NCBI GenBank assembly: GCA_030141605.1
Contig: JAQGDQ010000771.1
Location: 1-64,000, forward strand
Direction: 5' to 3'
Length of the DNA stretch: 64,000 nucleotides
From: Tubiluchus corallicola
Lineage: Eukaryota; Animalia; Priapulida
Shown here: positions 61,720 to 64,000 of the stretch, one piece after another
How the letters are laid out: the number at the start of each line of letters is the position of its first letter
Numbering within the stretch: the stretch's first letter is position 1
Translations under genes and position numbers: made by a program
Notes under the pieces: generated by a model
Databases searched by the model: none
The model's input: the letters and a program-made list of their open reading frames with translations, nothing else
Told to the model about the DNA's origin: nothing

Positions 61720-64000
61720 ACAATCTCTAACTCACTGACAAGAATTTTTAGGTAGAGCCTTTTCTAAAACTGATTAGACTTATCACACCAGATGGGGTTA
61801 ATTCATCACAAGTGACTCTACTAAAGTCAGTTAACTTCTCAAAACTACTGTATGTCTTCACAGCAGTCGAAGATAGACAGCCGACATTTTACAGTAAAGA
61901 CAGGACCGACAAGTCTGGCTATCCTCAGAATAACTACATTTATTGGTCAGACAATGCATAAATGATTTCGCTAGAGGTGAAAGGTCACATTTTAAAAGCT
62001 TTTGCACAATTTTAAAGTGGTAAAAGATAGGTAAATAGTTTGCATTGAGCAATTTGAAATCATATTGATATTTTTGTTACTGTGGAAATTGTAAATGTAT
62101 AATTTTAGGTGCTGCCATCTATTAACTAATCCTTTTACATTTTACTAGCTAAACTGACCCCCGGTATAATTGTACGGTGCATTCACTGGATCTCTCCCTA
62201 TTTTACAGTAATGGTTTTTGTGAAGCCAAGTTTGCATAATCACCTATACCTATATATATTGACTGGATTTACTTTCTAGTCACTGTCTAACTCTCACTCT
62301 CAATGCAGTGCAGAAGTCGTGCTACGCACCTGTCTAACTCACACTCTCAATGCAGTGCAGCAGTCATGATACTCATGTCCCTTACTGTCTAACTCTCAGT
62401 GATCAGTGCATGACACTCTTGTTCTCAGTGTTCAGTGTAGCAGTCATTCTACATATGTGTATGTAGTCTAATAAACACTTTTCAGTTTTGTGCAAATATG
62501 TAGTATAGTGTTTTATTCTTTTACTACAAAGTGTTCAACTACAACCTCAAACATGACTTTCACAGTTAGTAATGCTATATTTTGCATTTTGCCATTTAAG
62601 AATTTTTTGGGCATTGTAATATGAAATCAATCATCTTGCAAGTGATTGGCATAATTGTTATTAACGTGGCATAGTTCTGATTACAATGGATGAGATTTTT
62701 TTATAGCTTCTAATCTCAGACTTTGCATTTGAAACTCAATTACATAAAACTGAGAAGCTTCTTGAGAAAACACTAACCTTGTTATTTGATACTCGATCCG
62801 GAGTTGGCACTGAGAAAATTGCACAAAACGATGCTGACGTTACTTCTGTCTTTGGCCTGCACTGACTGATGCCAGACATTACATTTACGCAGACTGGGTT
62901 AACTATTTGCAACCACATTCAAAAGAAAGCCAGTTGGACTGCTCACTGATTACAAATCGCCATCCTACAATTAATTATAGCATAATGACATTATGATACA
63001 GCTACAATTAGACCTGCAAAATTGTTTAGTGTACAAATACTAAAAAAGATTAAAATGCACAAATGGACAGTTCTTGTAAAATTTTCTTACATGTTGCACA
63101 GTATTTTATCGAAATATATCTTCCCAAGAATGACACTGTTTTTATTTAGCAGATACCTAATTTCACTATAATTTTAAGGCCTGACTCATATAAGACCTTA
63201 CTAGGCTGACTTGCAAGCTGTTGTATCAGTACGTAAACAGGGATGACTCAGAAAGGATTTTCATAAGTGTTTTGTAAAAAATTTTCTAAGCACTAACAAA
63301 AAGTGAATTATGTTTTTCTATAACACTGTCTGTGTTAGCTAACATCACACAAAGTTTCAGTGCAGTAAATTAAACTTTAATGTGCTGTTTTTAAACGTAT
63401 CCATTTCACACGGGGCACCTCACATAAAGAATCATGTACTGATTTAGATAAAATTAGTGGCTGTCAAAAGGTGACCCTGATTATACATGCTTGTAAACGG
63501 GAATTAGTCCCAATTACAACCATGTATAAATGAATGAAATCAGTGATTGAACAGCAATTCAATTAAAAGAGATTAATCAAGAACAAAATGCACGTGTTAC
63601 AAATAAATAGAATATTTGCGTCTTTCTTTGTTTTTCTCGCCTTACACAAAGTATACAATTGCGAACCACCGTGTAGGAAACTAGGGGCTTCAATTTCGTT
63701 AACACGTAATGAAGACATATCGTGAGACTGGAATTTGTAATTATTATTATTTTAAATTTTTATTATTATTTTTTCTTTTCAGTCGAGTAGCAGTCTTTGA
63801 ATGCTCACCTTAATACAAAAGGTCTAGGCACTGAACTAAAAATGTGACGAGTGTAGTGACGTAATCATAGAGCAGTTAAAGAAATGAGCGAGCCTATAAA
63901 ATAGTTTGAAAGTACGAAAATGGCAGACAGCAACGAAAGCCATTGTATAGTAGCAGAAAAATTCTATTTGTTGTCCATATATTTCAAAAATAGCGTCAGC

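Overview
AT-rich, repeat-dense genomic DNA from a metazoan (probably an invertebrate; the taxon cannot be fixed from this sequence). Two intron-containing genes lie tail-to-tail. On the + strand is the 3' part of a long coiled-coil gene ending in the KIF15/HMMR 'GHQN..QKI' tail motif (best fit KIF15/kinesin-12; 10 frame-consistent exons, 1479-17944). One of its introns is a minor-spliceosome AT-AC (U12) intron (6183-7743). On the - strand is a complete Van Gogh/Strabismus (Vangl) CDS (5 coding exons, 27084-21103, 566 aa ending ETSV). The remaining ~37 kb has no recognisable host CDS. It holds a 5'-truncated CR1/L2-group LINE with an open RT frame, MITEs (hAT, piggyBac-like), LINE remnants, a 700-N gap and many minisatellites. 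Most long ORFs in the track are tandem-repeat artefacts. I found no new multi-gene system. The best leads are the AT-AC intron, minisatellites born from LINE RT coding motifs or inside MITEs, a dispersed covarying two-stem RNA motif upstream of retroposon tails, and an enlarged Vangl extracellular loop. All calls were made by eye, without database searches.
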